Shown here: positions 17,818-27,650 of the stretch, in pieces | Position numbering within the stretch: the stretch's first letter is position 1 | How the letters are laid out: each line of letters starts with the position of its first letter | Origin: Thermodesulfobacterium commune DSM 2178 | GTDB lineage: Bacteria; Desulfobacterota; Thermodesulfobacteria; Thermodesulfobacteriales; Thermodesulfobacteriaceae | Assembly: GCF_000734015.1 (NCBI RefSeq) | Contig: NZ_CP008796.1 | Location: 1,710,001-1,742,000 of the forward strand | Direction of reading: 5' to 3' | DNA length: 32,000 nt | The notes under the pieces: model-generated | Seen by the model: the letters and a program-made list of their open reading frames with translations, nothing else | The model's database searches: none | Told to the model about the DNA's origin: nothing | Translations under genes and position numbers: made by a program

Positions 17818-20034
17818 ATGATTTTTCGATTTTGTGTTAAGTTTTTATTTGTTTTGATGTGGATTTTAACAGCTTTTATTCCTTCTTTTGCTGAAGAAAA
17901 AGAGACAAAGCTTGAGGAGATTGTGGTAACTGCAACGAGAACTGAGAAAGAGGTGGGATCTGCTCCAGCTTCTGTAAATGTTGTTACAAAGGAAAAGATC
18001 GAGCTTAAAGCTCCAAAAACAATTGATCAAACACTTAATGATATCCCTGGGGTCATGGTAAGAAGGGGCAAGGGCTTGATGGATACACTTTCTTTTATTA
18101 CTCTAAGAGGAATTCCTGAACAAAAAAGAACTTTGATTATGATTGATGGAGTTGTTCTAAATAATCCCTATACTGGAAATGTAAAAATGGGCGGATACTT
18201 TCCTGAAGACCTTGAAAGAGTTGAGGTTGTAAAAGGACCTTTTTCCTCTCTATATGGTGGTTATGCGATGGGTGGTGTTGTAAACTTTATCACAAAGATG
18301 CCTGAAAAGAGAGAATTTACCTTTAAAACAGGATATGGCTCAAGCTGGGACCGCGGAGAGGCAATGGATGACTTAAGAAGAGTTTATATTTCTTATGGAG
18401 ATAAACTTTGGGGCAAATTTAGCATATTTTTAAGCTATGGCTGGCAGGGAACAAATGGATATCCCACTGATTTGAATGTCCAGACAACAAAGCCACCAGT
18501 AGGAATTACCGGATATGAGGTAACCTCCACGAAAGAGGGTAAAACTGCCTATTTAATTGGTGATAAGGGAGATAATAGGTGGTGGGATGATGGAATAACA
18601 ATTAAGGCACAGTATGAGTTTACAAAGGATACGAAGATAAATATTTCATTTATGAGAAATCGTTATGAGTATAACTACGATGATCCTCATACTTACTTGA
18701 GAAATGCCGCAGGAAATCCAGTTTGGTCTTACGGATCTGTTACAGAAAACTCATTCCTTAATGGTGCTGGAGGAAGAATTCAGAATACCTATGCCCTGAG
18801 TTTTGAGACCTCTCTTTTTAAAGACTTAAAGATGAAGCTAAATCTTTCATACCTTGACACAGAAAAAGATTGGTATGTAACAACAAGTTCTGGTGCAAAG
18901 TTGGATGGTAGCTGTACTTCAACTTCATGCTATGTATCAAATACTCCAGCAAAAGCTTACATGGCAGACCTGCAGTTTAGTGTTCCACTATTCAACAATC
19001 AGATTCTTACCTTTGGTGGTTCTTTCAGACACGGATATGCAAATACAAAAGAAAAATATCTCAAAAACTGGAAGGACGAAAACTTAACAACAACCTTAAA
19101 ATATGAATCAAAGGGGAAGGATAAGACCTACTCTTTCTTCATTCAGGATGAGATAATGCTTCTTAATAATCTTACTGCTTATATTGGATTCAGGCAGGAT
19201 TGGTGGAAAACCTATGATGGATATGCTAATGATGTTGGTAAAGCTGGATATCCAAAGGAGTATCCATCAAAGACCGCTTCTTCTTTTAGTCCGAAATTTG
19301 CTCTTGTTTATAAACCCTTTGCTATTACAACCCTTCGTGGCTCGATTGGAAAGGCATTTAGACCACCAACAGTATATGAGCTTTACAGAACATGGACTTC
19401 TGGGTCAACCATCTACGTTTCCAATCCTGATTTAGACCCTGAAAAAGTTACCTCATGGGATATTGGAGTTGAGCAGAAACTCTGGAAAGGTGCAAAGGTA
19501 TCCCTGATATATTTTGAAAACTACATGAAAGACTTAATTTATCGTAAAACTGTTAAAATTGGATCATATACCCGGCAGGAGTATGTCAATGTTGGAAAAG
19601 CTGAATCTCGTGGAGTTGAGTTTGAGCTTGAGCAGAAATTTGAAAATTGGTTTAGAGTTTTCGTAAATTTCACCTATACAGATTCTGAGATCAAAGAAAA
19701 TGAGGCAAAGCCAGAAACTGTAGGTTGCAGATTGACATATACTCCATTATGGAAGGCAAATATAGGAGCTGAGTTTGAGAAATCCGGTTTTCAAGTATTT
19801 ATCATTGGTAGATATGTTGATAAGTGGTATGGTAATGATGACAATTCAGACAAAGAAAAAAATGTTTATGGTTCCTATGATCCATACTTTGTCGTTGATG
19901 GAAGAATTGCATATCAGATAACTAAGTTTGCAAAGCTTAGCTTCTCAGTTGATAACATATTTGACAGAAAATACTATCAATACTACAGAGCACCGGGAAG
20001 GTCATGGTTCGCCGAGCTTACTTTAAAGTTTTAG
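17818..20034 (+). CDS. TonB-dependent outer-membrane receptor
   Basis: 738 aa with AGGAGG 7 nt upstream. It has a signal peptide, a TonB-box/plug start (LEEIVVTATRTEKEV), the plug motif LRGIPEQKRTLIMIDGV, a long beta-barrel and a terminal aromatic residue (AELTLKF). Confidence 0.9.
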   Translation: MIFRFCVKFLFVLMWILTAFIPSFAEEKETKLEEIVVTATRTEKEVGSAPASVNVVTKEKIELKAPKTIDQTLNDIPGVMVRRGKGLMDTLSFITLRGIPEQKRTLIMIDGVVLNNPYTGNVKMGGYFPEDLERVEVVKGPFSSLYGGYAMGGVVNFITKMPEKREFTFKTGYGSSWDRGEAMDDLRRVYISYGDKLWGKFSIFLSYGWQGTNGYPTDLNVQTTKPPVGITGYEVTSTKEGKTAYLIGDKGDNRWWDDGITIKAQYEFTKDTKINISFMRNRYEYNYDDPHTYLRNAAGNPVWSYGSVTENSFLNGAGGRIQNTYALSFETSLFKDLKMKLNLSYLDTEKDWYVTTSSGAKLDGSCTSTSCYVSNTPAKAYMADLQFSVPLFNNQILTFGGSFRHGYANTKEKYLKNWKDENLTTTLKYESKGKDKTYSFFIQDEIMLLNNLTAYIGFRQDWWKTYDGYANDVGKAGYPKEYPSKTASSFSPKFALVYKPFAITTLRGSIGKAFRPPTVYELYRTWTSGSTIYVSNPDLDPEKVTSWDIGVEQKLWKGAKVSLIYFENYMKDLIYRKTVKIGSYTRQEYVNVGKAESRGVEFELEQKFENWFRVFVNFTYTDSEIKENEAKPETVGCRLTYTPLWKANIGAEFEKSGFQVFIIGRYVDKWYGNDDNSDKEKNVYGSYDPYFVVDGRIAYQITKFAKLSFSVDNIFDRKYYQYYRAPGRSWFAELTLKF

Positions 20035-20999
20035 TAATATTAACAACATTTTTAATGGTAGGGGTAGTTCATGCCTCTACCATAACTATAACTGACAAGC
20101 TTGGAAGAAAGGTAAGTCTTAAAGTCCCTGTTAAAAGAGCAGTAGTTGTCATTTCATATGAGCTTATACCTGCATTGAATTTATGGGATCAGGTTGTAGG
20201 TGTGTCTCGCTGGGCAGAGGAAAACTGCGGTTTGTATAAAGCATTTGTAAATGAGAATCCTGCACTTAAGAAACCTTTAGTTGGTGCTGGAAGTGATGTA
20301 AATGTGGAGGCTGTGTTGAAACTTAATCCTGATGTAGTAATTACATGGACATACAATCCTAATACAATAAGATTTCTTGAACAAAAGGGAATAAAAGTAA
20401 TTGGAATATATCCTGAAAGTCTTACAGAGCTTTACCGGGATATGAGAATGCACGGAAAGATTTTCGGTAAAGAAAAGAAAACAGAAGAAGTAATAAAAGA
20501 AATGAACAGAATATTCAAACTTATTGAAGACAGAGTAAGTAAAATACCCTCAGATAAGAGAAAAAAGGTAATCCATCTTGGAGGAACTCCAACAAGGGTT
20601 TCAGGAGTATTGGGAGTTATTAATGATTTAATAAAAATTGCAGGAGCAATTAATCCTGCAGGCACAATCATGCAAAGAAATGTTGATGTTTCAGTAGAAA
20701 AAATAATTGAGTGGAATCCGGATGTAATATTCATCTGGGGTTCTGCAGGATATGATGAATCCTGGCTCTACCATAATTCCCAGTGGAGGTTCATAAAGGC
20801 AGTAAAAAACCGTAAAGTCTACAAGCTTCCAAGGTGGTCAACATGGTCGCCAAGACTAGCACCAATTGCTCTTTACATGGCTATGAAGATTTATCCTGAG
20901 TATTTTAGGGACATTAACTTTGAAAAGATAGCTGATGATTTTTACAAAAAAGTGTTTGGAATATCTTACTATAAAGTGAAGCGGTATGAAGGGTATTAA
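20004..20999 (+). CDS. Periplasmic substrate-binding protein of an Fe-siderophore/haem/cobalamin-type ABC importer (Peripla_BP_2-like)
   Basis: 331 aa with a signal peptide (MVRRAYFKVLVILTTFLMVGVVHA). The two-lobe motifs LNPDVVITW and WNPDVIFIW are typical of the BtuF/FhuD/HmuT class. It overlaps the receptor gene by 31 nt. Confidence 0.8.
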   Translation: MVRRAYFKVLVILTTFLMVGVVHASTITITDKLGRKVSLKVPVKRAVVVISYELIPALNLWDQVVGVSRWAEENCGLYKAFVNENPALKKPLVGAGSDVNVEAVLKLNPDVVITWTYNPNTIRFLEQKGIKVIGIYPESLTELYRDMRMHGKIFGKEKKTEEVIKEMNRIFKLIEDRVSKIPSDKRKKVIHLGGTPTRVSGVLGVINDLIKIAGAINPAGTIMQRNVDVSVEKIIEWNPDVIFIWGSAGYDESWLYHNSQWRFIKAVKNRKVYKLPRWSTWSPRLAPIALYMAMKIYPEYFRDINFEKIADDFYKKVFGISYYKVKRYEGY

Positions 21000-21987
21000 A
21001 GCGATAATGATAATTTTTTCTCCTTTACTTGTCTCTTGGATTGCTCTTTTTCTTGGTGCCTACGAGATTACGCCATTCATGGTTTTAAAGATTCTTTTGA
21101 ATGAGACATTTCATATCTTTGAAATCGGAGATATACCTGAAAAGGCAATAATTATTGACATAAGACTTCCGAGAGTGATCCTTGCCGGATGTGTAGGTGC
21201 CTCACTTTCAGTTTCAGGAGTAACCCTTCAGGGTATATTCAGAAATCCTCTGGTTGATCCATTTATCCTCGGGATTTCAGCAGGTGCTGCCTTTGGATGT
21301 GCCCTGACTATCGGATTTTTGAGTGTGCTTCCTGTTCAGATTATGGCTTTTTTATTTGCCGTGCTTGCCGTAGTCATTGCTTATACAGTTGCGAGGGTGC
21401 AGGGGGAGGTGTCCCGTCTCCCTCTTATTCTTTCTGGAGTGATAGTTTCAGCCTTTTTTACAGCAATGGTTTCAATAGTCAAATTTCTTGTTGACCCTCA
21501 CAAACTTCAGAGCATCGTTTACTGGCTTATGGGAAGTTTCTCTCTTGCCGACTGGAAAGCTGTAAAAATTGGAGCAGCTGGAGTTTTTTTTGGAGTTTTG
21601 CCTATTTTTTTAATGCGATGGAGGCTTAATGTAATGAGTATGGGAGAAGAGGAGGCTAAGGCACTGGGAGTAAACATAAAGAGGGAGAGACTACTTTTCA
21701 TAGGCTTTTCAACTTTTGCTGTAGCTGTGGCTACATCTCTTTGTGGGATCATAGGATGGGTTGGTCTTATCGTGCCTCATCTGGTAAGAATGCTTACAGG
21801 GCCTGACCATAGAAGCCTTGTTCCACTTTCTCTTTGTGCAGGTGCTGCCTTCATGATTGCTGCCGATACTATTTCAAGAACTCTTACAAGTTTTGACATA
21901 CCTGTAGGAATAGTAACAGCCCTTACTGGTGCACCATTTTTCCTATACCTTATGAAACATGGGGGTCAAGAAGCCTGGGGTAAGTGA
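20986..21987 (+). CDS. FecCD/BtuC-family ABC importer permease
   Basis: 333 aa, polytopic and hydrophobic. It has FecCD-like motifs (RLPRVILAGCVGASLSVSGVTLQGIFRNPLVDPFILGISAGA; GIVTALTGAPFFLYLM). It overlaps the upstream gene by 14 nt. Confidence 0.88.
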   Translation: MKGIKAIMIIFSPLLVSWIALFLGAYEITPFMVLKILLNETFHIFEIGDIPEKAIIIDIRLPRVILAGCVGASLSVSGVTLQGIFRNPLVDPFILGISAGAAFGCALTIGFLSVLPVQIMAFLFAVLAVVIAYTVARVQGEVSRLPLILSGVIVSAFFTAMVSIVKFLVDPHKLQSIVYWLMGSFSLADWKAVKIGAAGVFFGVLPIFLMRWRLNVMSMGEEEAKALGVNIKRERLLFIGFSTFAVAVATSLCGIIGWVGLIVPHLVRMLTGPDHRSLVPLSLCAGAAFMIAADTISRTLTSFDIPVGIVTALTGAPFFLYLMKHGGQEAWGK

Positions 21988-22757
21988 TGCTTAGCGTAAA
22001 AAATATTTATTTCAAGCATAAAACAACCGGAAGGGAAGTTTTAAAGGGTGTAAGTTTTGATGCTCTGGATGGTAGCATTACCACAATTCTTGGCCCAAAT
22101 GGTTCAGGGAAAACCACACTTTTTAAATGCATAATCGGACTGTGGAAACCTCATAAAGGCGAGGTTATGGTTGATGGTGTTTCTGTAGATAAGCTTTCTT
22201 TCAGAAAAAGGGCAAGGATTTTTTCGGTGGTTCCTCAGGAGCATGAACCTCCTTTTCCCTATTCAGTTTTTGATGTGGTTTTGATGGGCAGAGCAAGCTA
22301 TGTTGGAGTTTTTTCATCTCCTGGTAAAAGAGATTATGAAATGGCTGAAGAGGCTTTAAAAATAGCTGGAATTGAACATTTAAGAGATGTGCCCTACACA
22401 AAAATAAGTGGTGGAGAGAGACAGCTTACCTTGATTGCAAGAGCTCTTTGCCAGAATGCTCCTGTGATGTTACTTGATGAGCCGACCTCACATCTTGATT
22501 TTAGAAATCAGATAACTCTGCTTAAAAAAATCAAGGAAATTGCAGGACAGAGAAAATTGACTGTTGTTATGACCCTACACGATCCAAATCTGGCAGGTAT
22601 TTTTTCTGATAAGGTGGTTGTAATTAACTCAGGAACCAAGGTAGCAGAAGGAAGTCCTGAAGAAGTTCTTACAGAGGATTTGATTAAAAGAGTTTATGAT
22701 GTTGAGGTAAGAAAAACTCAGATTAACGGACGAAGTATAATATGTCCTGTTTTGTAG
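21984..22757 (+). CDS. ABC importer ATP-binding protein (FecE/BtuD/HmuV-like)
   Basis: Walker A GPNGSGKTT, signature ISGGERQ, Walker B MLLDEPTSHLD and an H-loop (TLHD). A 4-nt overlap links it to the permease gene. Confidence 0.9.
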   Translation: MMLSVKNIYFKHKTTGREVLKGVSFDALDGSITTILGPNGSGKTTLFKCIIGLWKPHKGEVMVDGVSVDKLSFRKRARIFSVVPQEHEPPFPYSVFDVVLMGRASYVGVFSSPGKRDYEMAEEALKIAGIEHLRDVPYTKISGGERQLTLIARALCQNAPVMLLDEPTSHLDFRNQITLLKKIKEIAGQRKLTVVMTLHDPNLAGIFSDKVVVINSGTKVAEGSPEEVLTEDLIKRVYDVEVRKTQINGRSIICPVL

Positions 22758-22767
22758 GAGGATTAAA

Positions 22768-25173
22768 ATGCTCAAAATAGTTTCCATCGTTTGGCAGAGC
22801 TATTACAATGCAGTTTTAAGAGCATCAAAAAGTATTAAAGAGTTTAAGATAAAAGTCTACTCAGCAAGAGTCCTTGACTCAAAACCTGAGAGGCTTGATG
22901 AAGTCTTGAAAGAGATTAAAGATGCTGATATTTTATTTCTTTATCGTTCAACAGAACCAGTTTGGGAAGAGATAGAAAAAACAATAAAGAAAGAGGGTTT
23001 AAAAGCAAAAATAGTATGCCTTGGGCATGATCCTTCTTACTGGATGCTTTCCAATGTAGACCATAAGATTGTGCATAAAGCATATAAATATCTCGTGATA
23101 AATGGGGAAAAAAATATTAAAAATCTATTTCTCTTTCTTGCTAATGAGCTCACCGGTTTAAATATTCTTTATGATGAACCCGAAGAAATTCCATGGGAAG
23201 GGCTATATCACCCAAGGGCAGAAATCATTTTTACTGATGTTGAGGAATATCTCAGCTGGTATCAAAGATACAAACCTCATACATACGGAAAAAATCCCAC
23301 AGTTGGAATACTTTTTTCGAGGCATTACTGGATAAACGGTAATACCGAGGTTGAGGATTTGCTTATTGAAGAGCTTGAGGCAAAGGGATTTAATGTAATC
23401 TCAGCGTTTGCCTATTCTGTAAAGGATAATGCTTTAGGAACAAAGGGTAGCGGAGAGGTAATATTAGATTGGTTCTTTGATGAGCATGGTACACCAAGAA
23501 TTGATATTATGGTGAAGCTTATCTCCTTTTTCTTGGGAACTAACAGAGAAAAGACAATAGATAACACTGAAGTAGCCGCAGATGGAGTTGAGATTCTGAA
23601 AAGGCTTAATGTGCCGGTTATTTCACCCGTCTCTTCTTATTATAAAACAATTGAAGAATGGGAAAAGGAAGATTTAAATCTTGATATTGGTTGGTCTATT
23701 GCGCTTCCTGAGTTTGAAGGAGTCATTGAGCCAGTTATTATTTCTGCGCAAAAAGAAGGCTCTGAAGATGAAAGGATAAAAGTCCCAATAAGAGAAAGGG
23801 TGAAAAAACTTGTAGAAAGGATTTCTCGATGGGTTGAGCTTAAAAAAACTCCTGCCCATGAAAGAAGGGTTGCCTTTATACTTCACAACAACCCATGTGC
23901 CTCTGTTGAAGCAACGGTTGGCTCAGCTGCTTATCTTGACAGCATTGAAAGTGTAGTTGAGATTATGAAAAAGATGAAAGAATCTGGCTACAATGTTGAT
24001 CCACCTGAGAACGGAAAAGCCTTGATAGATGAGATAATGAGTAAAAAGGCAATTTCAGAGTTCAGATGGACAACTGTTGAAGAAATCGTTGAAAAAGGTG
24101 GTGTTATTGCTTTAGTTGATAAGGAAAAATATCTTGAATGGTTCAATGAACTTCCTCCCAAGACCCGTTTAAAAATGATTGAGGCATGGGGAGAGCCTCC
24201 AGGGGAACACAAAAATGAAATACCTCCTGCAATGGTTTACGATGGAAAAATCGTAATCACAGGGCTTAGATTTGGAAATGTTTTGGTTATGGTTCAACCA
24301 AAAAGAGGATGTGCAGGAGCAAGATGCGATGGACAGGTCTGTAGAATACTTCACGATCCCGATACACCACCACCTCATCAGTATGTGGCAACGTATAAGT
24401 GGCTTTCCCGTGAGTTTAAAGCTCATGCAGTAGTTCATGTAGGCACTCATGGAAATCTTGAATTTTTGCCAGGTAAAGGGGTTGCCCTTTCTCAAGCCTG
24501 TTTTCCTGACATTGGTATTGATACAATGCCTCACCTTTATATTTACAATGCCGACAATCCACCTGAGGGTACCATCGCCAAGAGACGCTCTCTGGCAGTT
24601 CTTGTTGATCACATGCAGACTGTCCTTACGGAAGGAGGACTTTACGATGAACTTTTAGAGCTTGACAGACTCCTTGGTGAGTATGAAGAGGCAAAGAAAA
24701 AAGAACCTGCAAGGCTTCATGTTCTTGAACACTTGATAATACATGCGATTACCAAATCAAAGCTTGACAGAGAGATAAAAGTTTTATGGCAGGGCAAGAA
24801 GATTTCACTTTCAGAGTTAAGCCATGATGAGCTGCATCAGATACCCTTTGAGAAAATTGTGGAAGAAGCGCATGCAAAGCTTTCGCTTATTAGAAATACC
24901 CAGATCCAGGATGGTATGCATGTTTTTGGCAGGGTTCCAGAGGCAGAAAGAAGGATTGATTTTATTTATTCAATTCTAAGATACGATGCAGGAAGTGAAG
25001 TTTCACTGAGAAAAGAGATCGCAAAATTACTTGGATACGAGCTTTCAGATCTTGTTTCGAATCCTCAGGGTTTTGATCCTGAAAAAGGCAAATCCTACGG
25101 TGCAATTTTAGAAGAGATAGACAGGATAGGCAAAGAAGTGATAAAAAAAGTTTTGTTTCAGGAGGTTAACTGA
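22768..25173 (+). CDS. cobN: CobN/ChlH-family chelatase large subunit, N-terminal two-thirds (split gene, part 1)
   Basis: 801 aa with AGGAGG 6 nt upstream. CobN-like motifs include RVAFILHNNPC, GNVLVMVQPKRG, HQYVATYKWL, VVHVGTHGNLEFLPGK and PHLYIYNADNPPEGTIAKRR. It ends at a TGA that overlaps the next ATG. Confidence 0.85.
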   Translation: MLKIVSIVWQSYYNAVLRASKSIKEFKIKVYSARVLDSKPERLDEVLKEIKDADILFLYRSTEPVWEEIEKTIKKEGLKAKIVCLGHDPSYWMLSNVDHKIVHKAYKYLVINGEKNIKNLFLFLANELTGLNILYDEPEEIPWEGLYHPRAEIIFTDVEEYLSWYQRYKPHTYGKNPTVGILFSRHYWINGNTEVEDLLIEELEAKGFNVISAFAYSVKDNALGTKGSGEVILDWFFDEHGTPRIDIMVKLISFFLGTNREKTIDNTEVAADGVEILKRLNVPVISPVSSYYKTIEEWEKEDLNLDIGWSIALPEFEGVIEPVIISAQKEGSEDERIKVPIRERVKKLVERISRWVELKKTPAHERRVAFILHNNPCASVEATVGSAAYLDSIESVVEIMKKMKESGYNVDPPENGKALIDEIMSKKAISEFRWTTVEEIVEKGGVIALVDKEKYLEWFNELPPKTRLKMIEAWGEPPGEHKNEIPPAMVYDGKIVITGLRFGNVLVMVQPKRGCAGARCDGQVCRILHDPDTPPPHQYVATYKWLSREFKAHAVVHVGTHGNLEFLPGKGVALSQACFPDIGIDTMPHLYIYNADNPPEGTIAKRRSLAVLVDHMQTVLTEGGLYDELLELDRLLGEYEEAKKKEPARLHVLEHLIIHAITKSKLDREIKVLWQGKKISLSELSHDELHQIPFEKIVEEAHAKLSLIRNTQIQDGMHVFGRVPEAERRIDFIYSILRYDAGSEVSLRKEIAKLLGYELSDLVSNPQGFDPEKGKSYGAILEEIDRIGKEVIKKVLFQEVN

Positions 25174-26642
25174 TGGAAATTTTAAAGAAGATTGACTGGC
25201 AAAGACCAGAATGGAAGGCAATAAAGGAAAAAATTCTTGAAATTAACAGAAAGATTGAGGAATCACGTGAGATAGAATCTTTACTTCATGGACTTTCTGG
25301 AGGGTATATTCCTCCAGGTCCTTCAGGATTGATAGCCCGTGGAAGGGATGATGTTTTACCTACAGGGAGAAACTTTTACAGCCTTGATCCCCACAGAGTT
25401 CCTACAAAAACTGCCTTTGAGATTGGTAAAAGACTTACTGAAAAACTTATTGAAAAGCATGTTACTGAAGAGGGGAGATATCCAGAAAATGTTGCTATTT
25501 ATTGGCAGTGCTCAGACATCATGTGGGCAGATGGAGAGGGTATGGGTCAGATTATGTATCTTTTAGGAGTAAAGCCTATATGGCTTTCCAATGGAAGGGT
25601 CAAAGGGTTTGAAATAATTCCTTTAAATGAGCTTGGTAGACCCCGCATTGATGTCACCATCAGGGTCTCAGGTATTACAAGAGACAATTTCCCGATGTGC
25701 ATCGAACTTATAGATGAGGCCATACAAGTAGTTGCCTCTTTAGATGAGCCATTGGATATGAATTTTGTTCGCAAGCATACTTTAGAGTTAATTGCTCAAA
25801 ATGAAGTTGACTTTCGTTCAGCAACATTAAGAGTTTTCTGCTCAATGCCTGGTACCTATCAAGCAGGGACTCAGCTTGCTGTTTATGCTTCGGCATGGAA
25901 AGAAGAAAAAGACCTTGCGGAAGTATTTCTTTACTGGAATGGATATGCCTACGGAAAGGGAATCTGGGGTGAAAGCAAGCATAAAGAGTTTGCCCAGATT
26001 TTAAAAAGCGTTGATATTACTTACAATAAAGTAGTATCAGACGAGTACGATCTTTTGGGATGTTGCAGTTATTTTGGAACTTATGGAGGAATGACAGCTG
26101 CAGCAAGGCATTTAAGTGGTAAGGAGGTAAAAACCTACTATGGAGATACAAGAAATCCTGACCATGTAGAGGTAAGAACACTTTCTGATGAGATAAGACG
26201 TGTGGTAAGGACAAAGCTTCTAAATCCAAAATGGATTGAGGGAATGAAGAGACACGGATATAAAGGTGCTGGGGATATTTCAAAAAGAATAGGAAGAGTC
26301 TATGGTTGGGAAGCAACAACTAAAGAAGTTGATGACTGGATATTTGATGACATAGCAAGAACATTTATCATGAACGAGGAAAATAGAAAATTTTTTGAGG
26401 AACATAATCCATGGGCGATGGAAGAGATTGCCAGAAGACTTATTGAGGCGATGGAGCGCGGATTGTGGAATCCTTCCGAGGATGTAAAAGAGGTCTTGAA
26501 GGTATTTTATCTTGAAATTGAAGGCTGGATAGAAGAAAAAATGGGAGATATTAAAGGGGATTTTCAAGGAGGTTCAATTGATGTTATAACAGCAGAAGAG
26601 GTAGAGTTCTGGAAAAATAAAATGAGAGAGGTAATAAAATGA
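25173..26642 (+). CDS. cobN: CobN/ChlH-family chelatase large subunit, C-terminal third (split gene, part 2)
   Basis: 489 aa. It begins just before the conserved [37 protein letters not shown] block. Further on come [20 protein letters not shown] and [10 protein letters not shown]. 801 + 489 = 1290 aa, which is a typical full CobN length. Confidence 0.88.
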   Translation: MEILKKIDWQRPEWKAIKEKILEINRKIEESREIESLLHGLSGGYIPPGPSGLIARGRDDVLPTGRNFYSLDPHRVPTKTAFEIGKRLTEKLIEKHVTEEGRYPENVAIYWQCSDIMWADGEGMGQIMYLLGVKPIWLSNGRVKGFEIIPLNELGRPRIDVTIRVSGITRDNFPMCIELIDEAIQVVASLDEPLDMNFVRKHTLELIAQNEVDFRSATLRVFCSMPGTYQAGTQLAVYASAWKEEKDLAEVFLYWNGYAYGKGIWGESKHKEFAQILKSVDITYNKVVSDEYDLLGCCSYFGTYGGMTAAARHLSGKEVKTYYGDTRNPDHVEVRTLSDEIRRVVRTKLLNPKWIEGMKRHGYKGAGDISKRIGRVYGWEATTKEVDDWIFDDIARTFIMNEENRKFFEEHNPWAMEEIARRLIEAMERGLWNPSEDVKEVLKVFYLEIEGWIEEKMGDIKGDFQGGSIDVITAEEVEFWKNKMREVIK

Positions 26643-27649
26643 TATTTCCATTTACTGCTATTGTCGATCAGGAAGAGATGAAGCTTGCATTAATTCTTAA
26701 TGTGATCGACCCAAGCATCGGTGGAGTACTTATTATGGGTGAAAAAGGAACTGCTAAATCAACAACTGTTCGTGCTTTGGCTGATTTACTTCCTGAGATA
26801 GAAGTGGTTAAGGGTTGTAGATTCAACTGTTCCCCGGAAGGGCCTTTTTGCAGTGATTGTTTAGAAAAAATTAAAAATAACGAAACATTAGAGTTTGAAA
26901 AAAAGAAGATGAGAGTGGTTGAGCTTCCACTTGGAGTAACCGAAGACAGGGTTGTTGGGAGCCTTGATATTGAGCATGCAATAAAAAAAGGCGAAAAACG
27001 CTTTGAGCCAGGTATTCTTGCAGAGGCCAACAGAAACTTTCTTTATATTGATGAAGTGAATCTTTTAGAAGATCACATTGTGGATTTACTCTTGGATTCT
27101 GCAGCGATGGGAGTAAACACGGTCGAAAGGGAGGGGATCTCCTTTGTTCATCCTGCAAGATTTATTCTTGTTGGAACCATGAACCCTGAAGAAGGAGAAC
27201 TCCGTCCACAACTTCTCGACAGATTTGGACTGTGTGTTTTTGTTAATTCATTAAAAGAAAAGAGTTTAAGAGTTGAAGTACTTAAAAGAAAAGCCGAATT
27301 TGATGATGATCCTGAAGGTTTTTTAAAAAAATGGGAACCTCATCAACAAAGCCTTGCCGCAAGGATCATAAAGGCAAAAGAGAATCTTAAAAACGTAAAA
27401 ATTACTGAAGACGCTCTCTCTAAAGTTGTTGAGATTACTTCTCAATTAAATCTTGATGGTCATAGAGCAGACATAGTGATGTTAAAAGCTGCCCGTGCTC
27501 ATGCAGCGTATAATGAAAGAAAAGAGATTATTCCAGATGATATTAAAAAAATTGCGCCTTTAGCTTTAAAACACAGGCTTAAAAGACTACCTTTTGAAGA
27601 AATCTCAACAGAACTGGAAAAGCTTAACGAAGTTATTACACGAATATAG
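26639..27649 (+). CDS. ChlI/BchI-like AAA+ chelatase ATPase subunit
   Basis: 336 aa with [40 protein letters not shown] (Walker A), LYIDEVNLL (Walker B), [36 protein letters not shown] and [19 protein letters not shown]. An ATGA overlap links it to cobN part 2. Confidence 0.9.
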   Translation: MIFPFTAIVDQEEMKLALILNVIDPSIGGVLIMGEKGTAKSTTVRALADLLPEIEVVKGCRFNCSPEGPFCSDCLEKIKNNETLEFEKKKMRVVELPLGVTEDRVVGSLDIEHAIKKGEKRFEPGILAEANRNFLYIDEVNLLEDHIVDLLLDSAAMGVNTVEREGISFVHPARFILVGTMNPEEGELRPQLLDRFGLCVFVNSLKEKSLRVEVLKRKAEFDDDPEGFLKKWEPHQQSLAARIIKAKENLKNVKITEDALSKVVEITSQLNLDGHRADIVMLKAARAHAAYNERKEIIPDDIKKIAPLALKHRLKRLPFEEISTELEKLNEVITRI

Positions 27650-27650
27650 A

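Noticed and set aside
25171-25175. Reading the cobN split as a simple pseudogenising frameshift
   Set aside because: This is not adopted as the primary reading. Both halves are intact over 801 and 489 codons, the junction is a clean TGATG overlap, and a GGAGG lies 7 nt upstream of the second ATG. It cannot be excluded without read data or orthologue comparison, so it is kept as the refutation test in the finding.
27594-27650. Upstream extension of the chlD-like ORF to ATG 27594
   Set aside because: It would overlap the chlI-like gene by 56 nt. ATG 27651 sits 1 nt after the chlI-like stop, and from there the N-terminus aligns residue-for-residue with the ChlI paralogue (FxxIVDQEExKLALILN).
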